Below, one piece after another: positions 11,145 to 23,700 of a stretch of 35,136 nucleotides of DNA (the first letter of the stretch is position 1; each line of letters opens with the position of its first letter). The notes under the pieces are model-generated. The model saw only the letters and a program-made list of their open reading frames with translations. It was not told where the DNA came from and did no database searches. The stretch comes from Parvularia atlantis (taxonomy: Eukaryota). Both the position numbers and the translations under genes were made by a program. The stretch covers positions 1-35,136 of the forward strand of contig CALSCO010001689.1 of NCBI GenBank assembly GCA_943704415.1, written 5' to 3'.

Positions 11145-12568
11145 ATGAGCGGCGAATCGGGCAACGTCGCGCTCGCGTTCGGCCTGACGACGGCCGCGGG
11201 CCTGGCGACGATGCTGGGCGCGGCCGCGCCGTTCTTCGCGACGAGCGCCAACAAGACGGTGCTGGCGGCGGCCGTGGGGCTGTCGGCGGGCGTGATGACC
11301 TGTGCGCGCGCGCGTGCACGCGGCGAGCACCGGCGACGCTGACGCGCCGCACCAGACGTCTCCTTCGTCGAGATCTTCTTCAAGAGCAAGACCGCGTTCC
11401 TGGCCCTGCCGCACAGCCAGCACGCCAGTGCCGAGACGGCCGCGTGCTTCTTCGGTGGCGTCGTCCTCGTGCTCGGCATCGACTGGCTCGTGCACCGCCT
11501 CGAGCGCGCGGCCGCGGGCGGCTCACCGGGCGACGACCGCGAGGTGCGGCCGGCCTCACCTTCGCGAAGCGCGCCACGCTGAGCAGCAGCGCGCGGCGCA
11601 CAGGACAAGAACGACGACGCCGTCAACGGCTCGTCTGGCGACCTGCCGGCGTCGTACGGCGCCGTCAACGGGAGCGAGGCGCAGGCCGAGCTCGTGCCGG
11701 CGGACGAGGGCGCAGGCGCGGCGCGGCCGAGCGGCGCGGTCTACGTTGAGCCGTCGGTGTCGTTCTGGCGCCACCCCGTGCGCTGGCTGCAGGAGGACTG
11801 GCAGGGCTACGCGCGGCACCCGGGCGAGCTGGTGCGCTGGCCGATGACGCCCGCAGGTGCGCACCGTGCGCTCACGAACACGCACGCGCACGCGCGCATA
11901 GGACCGCGCCACGCGCCGCGACAACCGCCACCTGCAGCGTGCCGGGTTTGTCACGGCGCTGGCCATCGCCATCCACAACTTCCCCGAGGGCCTGGCCACG
12001 TTCATCGCCACGCTCGAGGACTCGCGCGTGGGCGCGGTGCTAGCCGTCGCCATCGCCATCCACAACATCCCCGAGGGCGTGTGCGTGGCCATGCCCGTAT
12101 TCCACGCAACGGGCTCGCGCATGAAGGGGTGCGTTGCGCGTTGCGCGTGTGCTCCCGGTCTTACATGCGCACTCTCTCTCTCTCGTGCTCCAGCTTCTTG
12201 CTCGGCACGCTCAGCGGCCTCAGCGAGGTTGTCGGCGCGGCCCTCGCCTACGCCGTCCTGGCCTCGGTCCAGGTCGACGCCATGTACGCGATCATGTTTG
12301 GCATCGTCTCTGGGGTGCGCGCCTGTCAGCCGCGCGGCGACGGCGCCTGACCGCACGCGCGCGCGCAGATGATGGTCTTCATTTCGATCCAACAGCTGCT
12401 GCCGACCGCGCACAAGTGCGTGCGCCCGCCGCGCCCGCCGCGACGCTGACCTGACGCTGTGAATGCGCAAAAACAAACAGGTACGACCCGCTCGACCGCA
12501 TCACGTCCTACTCGTTCATCGTCGGCATGGTGATCATGGCCGTCTCGCTCATCCTGTTTGAGTACTGA
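11145..12568 (+). CDS. ZIP-family (ZupT/GufA-like) zinc/metal transporter, 7 exons
   Basis: [87 protein letters not shown]. Paired HNxPEG motifs are typical of the ZupT subfamily. Confidence 0.92.
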
Positions 12569-12648
12569 GGTAGACCCATGGGGGGACCGCTTGCTGCCGC
12601 CCGACCCGCGCGTGTGCAAGAACACAACATGTTTGGTGCAGAACCAAC

Positions 12649-15600
12649 CTACAAGAAGCGCTTGCGTTTGCGCGCCCCGCCGCTTCCGTCGTCGTCGCCG
12701 TCATGCTCGCCCCAGCCCTCCTCCCACCCGGGCGCGACGCTCGCGCGCCCGGGTGTGCCCACGAGCATCCACAGGCCCTGCGACGACACGGCAAACATGC
12801 CCGAAGGGTCCTGCAACGACGGCGAGGGCGAGGGCGTCGGCGGCCGCGTGCGTCGCCCCAGCAGCCGCTGGCTCAGACGGTCCTCGTCTTCGTCGTCGTC
12901 CTCGCCGGCGCCATAGGAGCGCTGCACGGTCGGGGCGGGTCGCAGCCCAAACATGCCGGTCTGCGACGCCTCGCGCAGGTCCATCACAGGCGTCGAGCCG
13001 GTCGACTGCTGCGACGCGCGCGGGCTCGGTGCCGGTGGCTGTGGCGGTCGTGCCGGCAGCGGCTCCTGTTGTGGCTGCGGCTGCGGCCGCGACTGCGGTG
13101 CCGAAGTCGGGGTAGGTGCGGACGACGGCATTCGTGCGGGTGCGGCGCCCGACGAGCCGCTCAATGGTGCGCTCGGCGGTGGGCTCATGAAGAAGCTGGT
13201 GCCGGCGAGGTGCTCGAGCCCGAGGCGCCGCAACACGATGTCCTCTGCGCGCGACGCGATCAGCGCCGCGGGCTGCAGCTGTTGTAAGCAAGCACGCACC
13301 CTGCCGCGCGTACTCCTCGTGTGGGTCCTTCGGGAAGGACGTGTGCAGGGCTGAAAACGCGCCAAAGAGCGCCGACGCCTGCATCGACGACTCGATCATG
13401 ATCGTTGCGATGACCGCGTCCACGACGAGGCACTGCCGGCGTGACATCAGGCGCGCGTGCGCCTACCGGCACCGGCGCCCGTCAGCCGCGAGCACGGTGT
13501 GCGCAGTCGACGCGCCTGCGACAGCCGAATGAGCGACTCGAGCATGCGGATCGTCGTGCGCGCGGCGTTGCGCTGGTCGCCCTGGCGCTGCATCTGGTAG
13601 TAGGCGAGCAGGACCTGCTCGCAGGCGGGCGTCATGACCGGGTGGATTGACTTGACGTGCGAAATGTACGCCTGACGCGCAGGACGCTTGAGCTGTGCCG
13701 GCGCAGCTCACCAGCGCACGCGCGCACACCTGCAGCTTGGGCAGCGGCCACGCGTCCGCGTCCTTCTTAACCAGGCCCGTGTCGGCCTGCAGGATGAAGC
13801 GGCTGACGAGGCTACGCGCAGTAGACGCGCGTCAGCAGCCGCGCCAGACGGCACAGCGCACGCACAGGTCCCAGTTGTCGTTTTGCGTGTCGAGCAGGAT
13901 GAGCACGAGGTCGAAGCGCGACAGCAGCGGCGACGCGAGCGCGATGTTGACCGAGACCGACTGGGTCGGGTCGTACTTGCCGCGCGGGTTCGTGGCCGCA
14001 AGCACCGTGCAGCGCGTGTTGAGCTTGCACACCAGCCCGGCCTGCGCGCACGGCCGTTCAGCGCGCCACGACGCGCGTCGGCCCAAGCCTGCCGCGCCTT
14101 GGCGACGCTGAGCGTCTGTTGCTCCATCGCCTCGTGGATCGCTGTGCGGTCTTGTGGACGCATCGATCCAAACTCGTCGATGGCGCATATCCCGCCATCG
14201 GCCAGCACGAGCGCGCCGGCCTCAAGGCTCCACTCGCCGCCGTCCTGGCGTAAGACGCCTGAGTGTCGGAGGTAGCTCACCGTGCGCCGCACCTTCACTG
14301 CCGAAACCGTCAGGCCCGCGTTGGTCGTGCCCATGCCCGTGGTCATGACCGAGCGCGGGCTGAGACGCGTGGCGTACTTGAGGAACTGCGACTTGCCCGT
14401 GCCTGCGCGGGCGGGTCAGCGCGCGGCGCCGGGCACGGAGCAAGGGCGCGTGCCTGGGTCACCTACGAGCAGTAGGTGGATTTCGCCGCGCACGCGCATC
14501 CCGCTCGCCTCGGTGTGCGTCACGCCGCCGATGAGGCACAGTGCCACGGCGAGCTTGATCACGTACAGCCCGAACGTCTGCGGGCAGATGTTGATGAGCA
14601 GCTGGTTGCGCCCTGGCGTGACAGCAGCGCGTGAGACGCGCGGCACTGCACAGAGCGTGCCTTCCAGCGGGCGCGCGGCGTGCTGGCGCCAGAACTCGTC
14701 AAACTCGGCGCGCAGCTCGTCGGTCACGACGACGCGCGAGCGCTGGTCGTTGTGCACCTCAATGTGGTTGGCTGCCAGCCAGTCAGGGCACGGCAGCGAC
14801 GTGCGGTCCCGTTCGCGCCGCACCGAGCAGAAACAGCTCCACGTCCGTGCGCTCGCCCACGACCGTCGGGCGCCACCGGCGCATGACGACGCCGCTGCGC
14901 AGCCTGCACTCAGCACAGCGCGCGCGAGAGCGGGCACGCACAAGATCGTCACATCGTCACCCGCCTTGCATGTGTCGACCAGGTCATCCTGCACCACGAC
15001 GGCGATCGAGCGCGGCATGGTGCCGATCGTCAGCTTGTTGACCTGCTCCTGGATCTTGATCTCCTGCAAGTCGCGGCACGCCTCGGCCATGCCCGCTGCG
15101 GGGACGCGGGCGTCGGCGCCGTGCGCGCAGCGCGTGCGGCACGGCCGGCGCGGCGCACCCATGTCCTGCGGCACCAGGACAAACTTGGTCGAGTCGCAAG
15201 CGTCGGACGCGCACGCGGTCGGCTTCGGGATGGCGTTGTACTGCTCGACCTCGGCCTTTACGGGGAACTGCTTCCTGCACTTGGTGCACTGGAACACGCG
15301 CGAGGCCTCGAGCATTTTGATCATGCCGGTGCAGGTGACCGTGCCTGCGTCCGCCCGTGCCGTGAGCGCGCGACAGCCGAGGTCGCACGCGACGGCACCC
15401 GTGATCGCGATGAAGCGGTACACGTCGCTGTTGACCGGCATCGTGTTGCGCTTGTACTCGGAGCAGTCGGGCAGGTGGCACAGGCGCGCGTGCACGTTGG
15501 GCTTGTACACCATGCGCTCGTGCTGCTCGTACGCGTCCATCACGCGCGCCTCGGCCTCACGCAGCGCCGTCTCGAGCAGTGGAAGCACGCGCAGCGGCTC

Positions 15601-15909
15601 GGCCAGAACAACGTTGGCGAGACTCGCATCGGCGTCTGTGAGCGCGAGATGGCTGGCGCACAGCGCGTCAGCGGTGGCAGCAGCAGCAGCAGCGACGCAC
15701 TCGATGGGCACGCCGTAGTGGCGCTGCGGGTCGGGCGCGAGCAGGACGTGCACGAGCTCGTCGCGGCAGCGCGCGGCGCAAAACTGCACGAAAAAGTCTG
15801 ACGCACGCACTCAGCCGTCAGCCGCACGCGTGCGCGCACCATACGGCGCACCTCGCACGGCGCCCGCGTCGCCGACGTCGACGACGGCGCCCTCGGTCGC
15901 GCGACGCAT
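12649..15909 (-). CDS. MCM9: DNA helicase MCM9, 15 exons
   Basis: [38 protein letters not shown] (Walker A), [109 protein letters not shown]-terminus is an NLS-like RKRKRFL. Confidence 0.92.
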
Positions 15910-15965
15910 CCGGCCTACACGCTGTCACGCTTAATGCCAAACAGTTTACTACGTGTAACATACGA
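15910..15965. promoter_or_regulatory. 56-bp AT-rich spacer between the divergent MCM9 and WW-protein genes
   Basis: AT-rich island (ttaatgccaaacagtttactacgtgtaacatacga) between the minus-strand ATG at 15909 and the plus-strand ATG at 15966. Confidence 0.5.
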
Positions 15966-17667
15966 ATGCAGCGCGTCGACGACCTGCGCGGGCAGCTGTC
16001 GCGGTGCGCGCCCCGCTGCGCTGCACAGGGCCGTGGCGGGCTGATCCGCACGTGGTACGGGCCGCAGGAAGCGCGCGCACGACGATGCGCAGCAGCAGCA
16101 GCGGGAGGACGGCGACCTGAGCGGCGACGATGTGGCGCCACGAGCCGCGGTGGGGACGACGAGCACGAGCGGGCGCGCCGTGCCGGCCGCGCGCCGGCGC
16201 CGGCCGATCGGCGCGTTTTCGATCACGGGCGAGGTGAAGCTGCCGGTGACGACCGTCGCGCCGCCCGCGCACGCGCCCCTTGCGCAAGCGCCCGTGGATG
16301 TGCAGACCGAGCGCCTGCGCTACCCGCCTATGGTGCGCGACCGCACGCCCGAGGCGATCGTGCACCGGCCGGCCTCCGGCAACAGCCCCGTTGTGCTGCG
16401 CTCGGGTTACGCGGGCGCGTACCACGCCGCGCCGACGCGCTGGTACGACGAGCCGTACGGCGCCACGCCGACGCGGCCGCTCGGGCCATACGACGGCGCG
16501 CCAGACTGGCCCCGCGCGGACGATACGTGGCCCGCGCGGCAGCCCGTCGTCGTCCCGGCCGACACGGTTCCGGCCGACGCGCGTTTCTACGAGACGAGCA
16601 CGCCCGTGTACTACCAGCCGCCGCGGTCGGGCGCGTGGCCTTCGGCCGCGCTACCGCCCCCGGCATCGGCGCTCGAGGTGTACGCCACCGTTGACGCGGC
16701 GATGACCGGTGACACGTACGGACAGCAGCAGCAGCAGGATGCGCCGTCAAGAGCCGTGGAGGCGCACGCGGACAGCACGACGGCAGAGCAGGGCACGGTG
16801 TCGACGGCCGCGCACGAGAACGAGGACGACGAGGCGATTCCGCAGCCGCCCGAGCCGTGGACCATCGCCATGTCGCAGAAGCACAAGCGCAAGTACTATT
16901 TCAACCCGCGCACGCAAAAGTCCATCTGGCCCAATACGGCCGAGGCGGAGGAGCTGTTTGCGTCGAGTGCCGTGGCATCTGCCCAGGATGCGACGAGCGA
17001 GAGCTCGCCGCCCGAGGACGCGATGGCGGTTGACGTGGCAGCGGATGCGCCTGAGCCGGCGACGGCGACCGAGCCGGCAGACGCCGAGCCAGCGCCGCCA
17101 ACCGTACAGCCTGCATCGCAGCCGGCATTGCAGCCGGCATCGCAAGACACTGCAGCCGTACAGCCTGCCGTCGTTCCGCCCGCCGCCATGCAGCCCGAGA
17201 CGCGCAATGGCGAGCCGTCGTTCACGCAGCGCCGGGCCGCGGTACTGATGGAGCTCGCGCCCCTGCTGGGCCCGTCGCTGCAACAGACCGTGAACGTGCA
17301 GGCCCTGCGTGATCAGCTCGCGCTCGGCGACGCGAGCTGCGCAGTGCCACTCGCGCTGCTCGAGACGGCGAAGTCTCCGGCGGCGGCAACAGCGCACAGC
17401 CTCCTCGCGTGGCACGAAGTGCAGCGCCGCGCCCAACTCGGCGTCGTCTCTGCCAGCACCGACCGTGCGCTGTGGCTCACGCGCGAGCTGCTCGCTGACT
17501 CGGCCGCGGACGTCGCCGTGGACCTGCTTGCTGCTTTTCCTGCGTGGGACGGCGCCGTGCCGCGCGACGGCCTCACTAACCCGCGCACGCCGACGAGCGA
17601 GCCGGACGCCGGACGCCGCACGCGCCTGCTCGCCGCGTGCAACCGGCTGCTGGCTGCGTCGCAGTGA
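15966..17667 (+). CDS. Uncharacterised WW-domain protein (about 545 aa; exons 15966-16003 and 16068-17667)
   Basis: One GT-AG intron joins MQRVDDLRGQLSR in frame to the 511-aa ORF. WW domain PEPWTIAMSQKHKRKYYFNPRTQKSIWP at about 16849-16932. The rest is Pro/Ala-rich. Confidence 0.75.
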
Positions 17668-17736
17668 ACCAAATGCGCGTGCTTGTTGACACGTCGCAAA
17701 GCAGACACATCGCCCTCTGGCACCCCTGACACTTTT

Positions 17737-20700
17737 TTACGCCGGGCCCATCAGCGTCGCCTGGCGCGCGCGCTGCGACTCCTCCAGCCGCCGCTCGTCC
17801 TCCTGGCGGAAGCGCTCGAGGATCGTGTCGAGCTTCTCGCGGATCTCCTGCAGCTGGTCCTGAGCACGCGCATTCGAGTGAGCGCGCCGCGCCACGCGCG
17901 GGCAGGCGTGGCGCACCTCGACGAGGTTGCTGTCCTGCTGCAGGTCCAGCGCGCGGTTGATCGGGAACCAGTCAGGCTCGTTACGCCGGTCCCAGACGTA
18001 TTGCTGCGTGCCCGAGACGTGCGCGTAAGCCAGGAGCGTGGAGCGCGCAGACCCGGCATGCGCACCTCGTGCGCTGTGTACTCCTCGTCGTCCTTCAGGC
18101 CCAGGTACGCGAGGAAGAAGAGGTACGCCCACATGTTGTGGTCCTTGTCGATGTGGTTCTGGAAGCCCGAGCCTGTGCGCGCCCGCGGTCGTCAGCCCCG
18201 CCGAACGACGCTCACACGCCAATCGCGCGCTGGCGCACCGGTGCGGTCAAACTCGTCGGCCGGCAGCGAGCACACAAAGCAGCGCGAGCGCATGTCCTGC
18301 CGCAGATGTTAGCGTCGCAGCGGCGCACAAGCACGCGCGCGCAGAAGCACCTCCTCGATCTCAAACTTCTCGTCACGCAGCTCCGAGAACGTGTCGACGA
18401 TGATACCGAAAATGATGTTGAGGCCGATGGTTGTGATGATCACAAAGTACGAGATGTCGAGCAGGGCGCGCACGCCGATGTACGGCCACGAGTCGTTGCC
18501 GTTGGCGTCGAGAACATCGCCGATACCGCCACCCGCACGCAGACCTGGTATCGAGGCGTGTGTTGGCACCGCGCGAGCAGCGCGCGCACGCGTACGCACC
18601 GTTGCTCAGCGTCGTGATGAAGCACTGCCAGAACGTGTTGCACAGCAGCAGGCCGTTAATGTCCGGGGCGATCGATGACCGGTAGTAGGCGAAGAGGATG
18701 AGGGCGTACTGGTACATGATGATCACGCCCAGCAGCGTGACCATGAGCAGGGCGCGCCCGTTCTTCGTCACCTGAACAGCCGCGCACGCACGCGCGCGGC
18801 ATCAGCCCTGCGGCTCGCACGGCTTTCGCGAGCGCACCGACTGCAGCACGCGCACGAGCAGGTCGTTGTTGACGATCACGTGCAGCAGGTGGAAGCAGAA
18901 TGTGTAGCCGTCCGTGAAGACACCGGCGAACGAGAAGCCGACAAACGCGAGGTAGTACCAGAACTGCGGCGCGTGCGTGCGTCCGCGGTCAGCAAGCGCA
19001 CAGGCCGAGCACACGTAGGGCGCGCGCGCACCGACAGCTTGTACACGTCGCACTCGAGGTCCAGCGGGTTGAGGTTGCGCGGCGGGTTGGCGATGAAGTA
19101 GAGCACGGCGATCAGGACCGAGGTGAAGATGTGCACGCTGCCGATAACGTAGAGGAAGTTGTGGTACCAGTCGGGCACGATCGGCGCCGTGACGTCGAAG
19201 TCCTCGCTGTTGTTCTCCCTGCGGCGTGCCGCGTGCCGCGGGATCAGTGGCCGGGCCCGTCATGGCATCGCAAAGGACGCACCAGACCGACAGCATGACG
19301 ATGTTGATGACGAGCGTGAGCAGCAGGATAAACCAGTACAGGTAAGGGCTGATGTCGAGGATGAGGAACTGGCGCGGCGGCGATGCGGCGTCAGCCGTCC
19401 CGTGTCACGCAGCGCGGTGCTCAAGCGAGCGCAGACCTTGAACAGCGGGATGCGCAGGATCGTGTCCTGGTACTTCATCTTGGCCAAGAAGTCCTCGCCG
19501 CGCTCGAGGAAGTCGCGGATTTTGTCAACGGGAGTGGAGCGGTCGACCGACCACAGCAGCTCGTCCTTGAGCTGCGGGCACGCGCGAGCGCGTTCAGCCG
19601 CGCAGACCACGCGCCTTTGCCGCCGCAGAAAATCACCTCGTTGCGCAGGTTGCGGCGCATGTTGCCCACGCGGAAATAGACCTTCTCGACGCTGTCGTTG
19701 ACGAGGATCTCGATGTGCTCCATGCCGCCGGCTAACTCCTTGAGCAGCGCGGCCTTGTCCTTCTCCTTCTTCACATCCACCACCAGGCCCAGGTCCTCCT
19801 CGATCGTCGCGCTCTTGCGCGGCTGCGGGCGCGTGCGTGAGCCTCGCGTGCCGGCGTAGCCAGGCCGGCGCCACGCACGTTGAAGTCGCGGAAGCGCTGG
19901 AGGATTCGGTACGCAAGGAAGCCGATGTCGGCCGGGTCCACGTCCTTGCCCTCGACCGTCTTGGACGGGCCGTAGCGCGGGTCGTACATGGTCGAGCGGA
20001 CCGCGTCGAGGTCGAGCACGACGTACAGCTGCGCGCGCGAGCGTGAGCACTGTTGCGCCCAGGCATGCCGCCCGCAACGCACGTCGCTCGCCAGGCTCGC
20101 CGCCTCGGCGCCGTTCTCCTCGAGCAGCGTCGACGCGAGAAGCACCGCGCCCTTCTTGATCTCGGCGATGTGGTCGGGCGTGCAGTCGTTGAACTGCTCC
20201 TGCCGGAGCAGGTGGTTGATGATGTCGACCACTGCGCGAGAGCGCCGCGCGTCAGCCGCCGCACATCGAGTGGGGGCCCTCGCGCGGACGCACCTTTGGC
20301 GTCAAACACGACGACCTGGTTCGGCTGGTTGCCCATCGTCACCTCGATCAGCGTCTCCAGGTTCTGGATCACCAGGTCGACGCTGTCCTCGTCAATGTTG
20401 AGGTAGATCACGTGCAGGTACTCGACAGCCTTCTGGACCTGGACGCGGGGCGCGCGCGGGGTGGCAGCGTGCGTAAATGAAACGTCATGCGCACGCGCCC
20501 GGCGCACCAGGTTGACCGACTTGATGTTGTCCGGCTGCTTGGCAATGTACGACTTCATCTTCTGGTTTTGGCCCTCGCACAGCAGCTGGCGACGGTGTCA
20601 GGGCGGCGCGCTCCGGGCCGCTCGCGTGAGACGCGCACCTGGATGATCCGCAGCAGCTCCTTGCACAGGCCCGCGACGGCGTCAAAGTCCACCGGCGGAT

Positions 20701-23700
20701 CCTCGTCGTCGTCGCCCATCTCTGCGCGTGGCACAACGGTGTGAGGCGGGACAACGACCGCAGCTCGACGCACCAGCGAGCATCGTCGTCATGGTGTGCT
20801 GCACTTGCAGCTCCTGCAGCTCGGTCATCTCGCCCTTCTTCGGCGCCTCGGAGCGGCGGACCGTGCCGAGCAGCGACGACGAGTCGCCGCCGATCACCGA
20901 GCCGCTGTCCTTGAGCGAGCCCGCGCGCACGGATGATTTCTTGAGCGTCTTGGTGATGAGCTGCGCCCCCAACCCGGCGGATGAATGGCCACAAGCAACG
21001 CTCAGGCGACAGGCCGCACCTCCTTGCGTGCTGCGATCTCGCGCTTGTACGCGGTCATCAGCGCGCGGATTTCCTTGATCGACGCCGCCGACTCGATCAT
21101 GCTGCGCTGGATGTCCATGAAGAACGACTCGTTGCGCGTGCCCATGAAGAAGTCGTAGAGGGACTCTGACACGGGGCGAGCGTGGTGAGCGTGACCTTGC
21201 GCGCGCGCGATTGCCGCCGACGGCCGCTCACCTTGCACGTCGTGGTTGCCGCCGTCCAGCAGGGCGATCAGCAGGCGCAGCGCGGCGCGGCTCGTCGCCT
21301 CGTTTTCGGCCGCCATGAGCGGCAGCAGAGTCAGCGACACCTTGAGGTCGTTGAGGTCGTCCTGGATACGGATCACGTTGGCCTCGACGCGCTGGAACTC
21401 TGGTGGCGTGGTGGGCTTCTGTCAGCGGCTGGCGGCAACACAGCGGGCGCAGCGCGCACCGTCCTCGTTGCCGCGGATGACCTTGGGCTTCTGCATCAGC
21501 TCCATGACGATCATGGCGCGCATGATGTTGAGCAGCTTCACGCTCAGGCGGTCGAGCTGCGGCTTGTCCTGCTCCTCGATCGTGTCGCGGATGCGGTACG
21601 CCACGTCCAGCCCCAGCACCAGCACGTTCGCCCACTTGCTCAGGCCGTCGTACATGTATGTGTGGTTGCTGTGCGGCGCCGCCCGGCCGGTCAGACACAC
21701 AGCGGTGACCCCAGCCGTGCCGAAGAGGTGGTACCGCGCGCTGTGCGGCGTCAGCTCCACAAACAGCCGCACGTGCTCCATGAACTCCTGGCCGAGCGGC
21801 AGGTCTTCCGAGCCCTCGACGTCGTTGAAGCGCGGCGTCGTGTGATTGTTGCTGTGCGCGCGCGCGCGTGTGGTCAGCGGAACGGGCTCACGGCCCGCGT
21901 CTGTCGCCCCGGTACCGGTAGGCACGCTGCAGACGCTCGACAAACGTGTCCAGGCCCTCGTTGATCGTCAGCTCCTGGCGGAAGACCTTCATGTACTCAA
22001 CGACGGCCTCGGGCGCGTTGCCGCTAGCCTTGGTGTCGACGATCATGCGGCGCGACGTCTCGTTGCCGCGCTTCTTCTTCTTCTCCTTCCTCTGGGCCGC
22101 GGCGTTCTGCATGAGCGCTTGCTGGATCTTCTCAAACGCCGACAGCTGCGACTCGCTCAGCAGCTCCTGTAGACGCGCGCGCGCGCGCGTGGTCAGTCCA
22201 CTGCGGAATGCGGGGAAACGCGCGTCTCGCCGGCCCGCACCTTGTCCATCATGACCAGAAACACGTCCTTGACGTCGGTCAGGCGCTTCTTGGTGCCAAA
22301 CGCGGGCTTGTCGGCGATCACCTCGAGCAGAAGTAGCAGCGCGTCGATCACGTCCTTGAGCACGATGCTCCACTCGGGCCGCTCGCGCTCGAGGCGCTCG
22401 TTGCGCACGAAGTACTTGGAGAAGAAGCTCTCTAGGAAGGGCATGAACGCCTCAAACACGGTGATGACCTCCTGCTGGCCGGGCTCGGTGTCGAGAATGG
22501 TGTCGAGGTTCTGCACTCGGGGCGCGTTGAGCCACACACAGCATACGCGGCACGAGTGACAACGCACCTTGCGCGTGAAGGCCACCGTGAAGCGTGCGAG
22601 CATCGGCAGGAACTGCCACAGCTCGGTCTCGTACTGCAGCTCCTCAATCTTGGTCAAGTCGACCGACATCTCCGAGTTGAGCCAGGCCCACAGGAAGAAG
22701 CGCAGGTACGGACGGCGCGCGTTCATGTCGATCTTCTCGTTCAGCAGCACCTGCGACGCGTGCCGCGCGCCGTCAGTGCAGGTGTGCGTGGGTGCTACGC
22801 AGACGGCACCTGGTAGATCTCCTCCGGGCTGAAGATGTTCTGACACATGGACTCGATGAAACGGTTGTCGCCCTCGCTGCACGTCGCGAGCATGCGCACG
22901 AGGCGGATGTGGTACTTGTAGTCGAGCGCCTTCTCCGACGAGAGCTTGCCGGCCGAACCCTGAGCCGCAAGTCAGACCGCCGGCGCCGGTTTTGGGCGAA
23001 TATGCACGCCCGCCACGCCACGCACGTCGAGCAGCAGCTGTATGCGCTCCTCGTTCTCCTCGTCGCTCACGAGCGGGACGGTCTGGCACACACACGTGCG
23101 TGGGCTGAGCCGCGGCGCAGATGCCGGGTGCGCGCGGATTGCGCACCTCGTTGCGGCGCTGCATCATGTACTTGATGATCAGGTTCTGGTTGCGCCGGAT
23201 GGGCAGGTCCATCGAGTCGATCTTGGCGAGCGTGTTGAGCATGTGCAAGAACTCCCAGCGGCGGTGCTCGGCCACGAGCTTGACAATCTCGTTGATCTGG
23301 TAGTCCTTGATCTTGATGCACAGCTCCTGGTTGTTCAAAAACACCTGCGCGCACACGGCTGAGCACCAGCGCAGCACAACGGCGCGCTCTAACCTCGTTC
23401 AGCGCCAGGCCCTTCTCGCCCTGCAGTGGCCCGTTGCCGGGCACGTGGATGAGCATGTCCAGGTGCGAGAACACATCGGCCTGGATGGCCGGGTTCTTGC
23501 GGCAGAGCGCGCCGAGAAGTTTGAAGGCCTCGGTCTTGATGCTGATCATGCCTACAGCGCCCAGTGTGAGCACGCGGCGCTTTGGTGAAAGCGGCACGGG
23601 CGCACCCAGCTGCGACTCGGTGCCGCCCAGGTCGAGGCTGACGGGGATTTCCAGCAGCTCGATGAGCTCGTCGATCACGCCCGACTGGTACAGCAGCATC

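Noticed and set aside
14395..14460. CAGGCACG repeated at both junctions of an MCM9 GC-AG intron, suggesting an Introner or transposon target-site duplication
   Set aside because: Single case, largely explained by the splice consensus. Introns in the window do not resemble each other beyond splice signals and show no terminal inverted repeats.
14282..15718. 478-aa plus-strand ORF
   Set aside because: Antisense to well-supported MCM9 exons; stops are scarce at this GC content.
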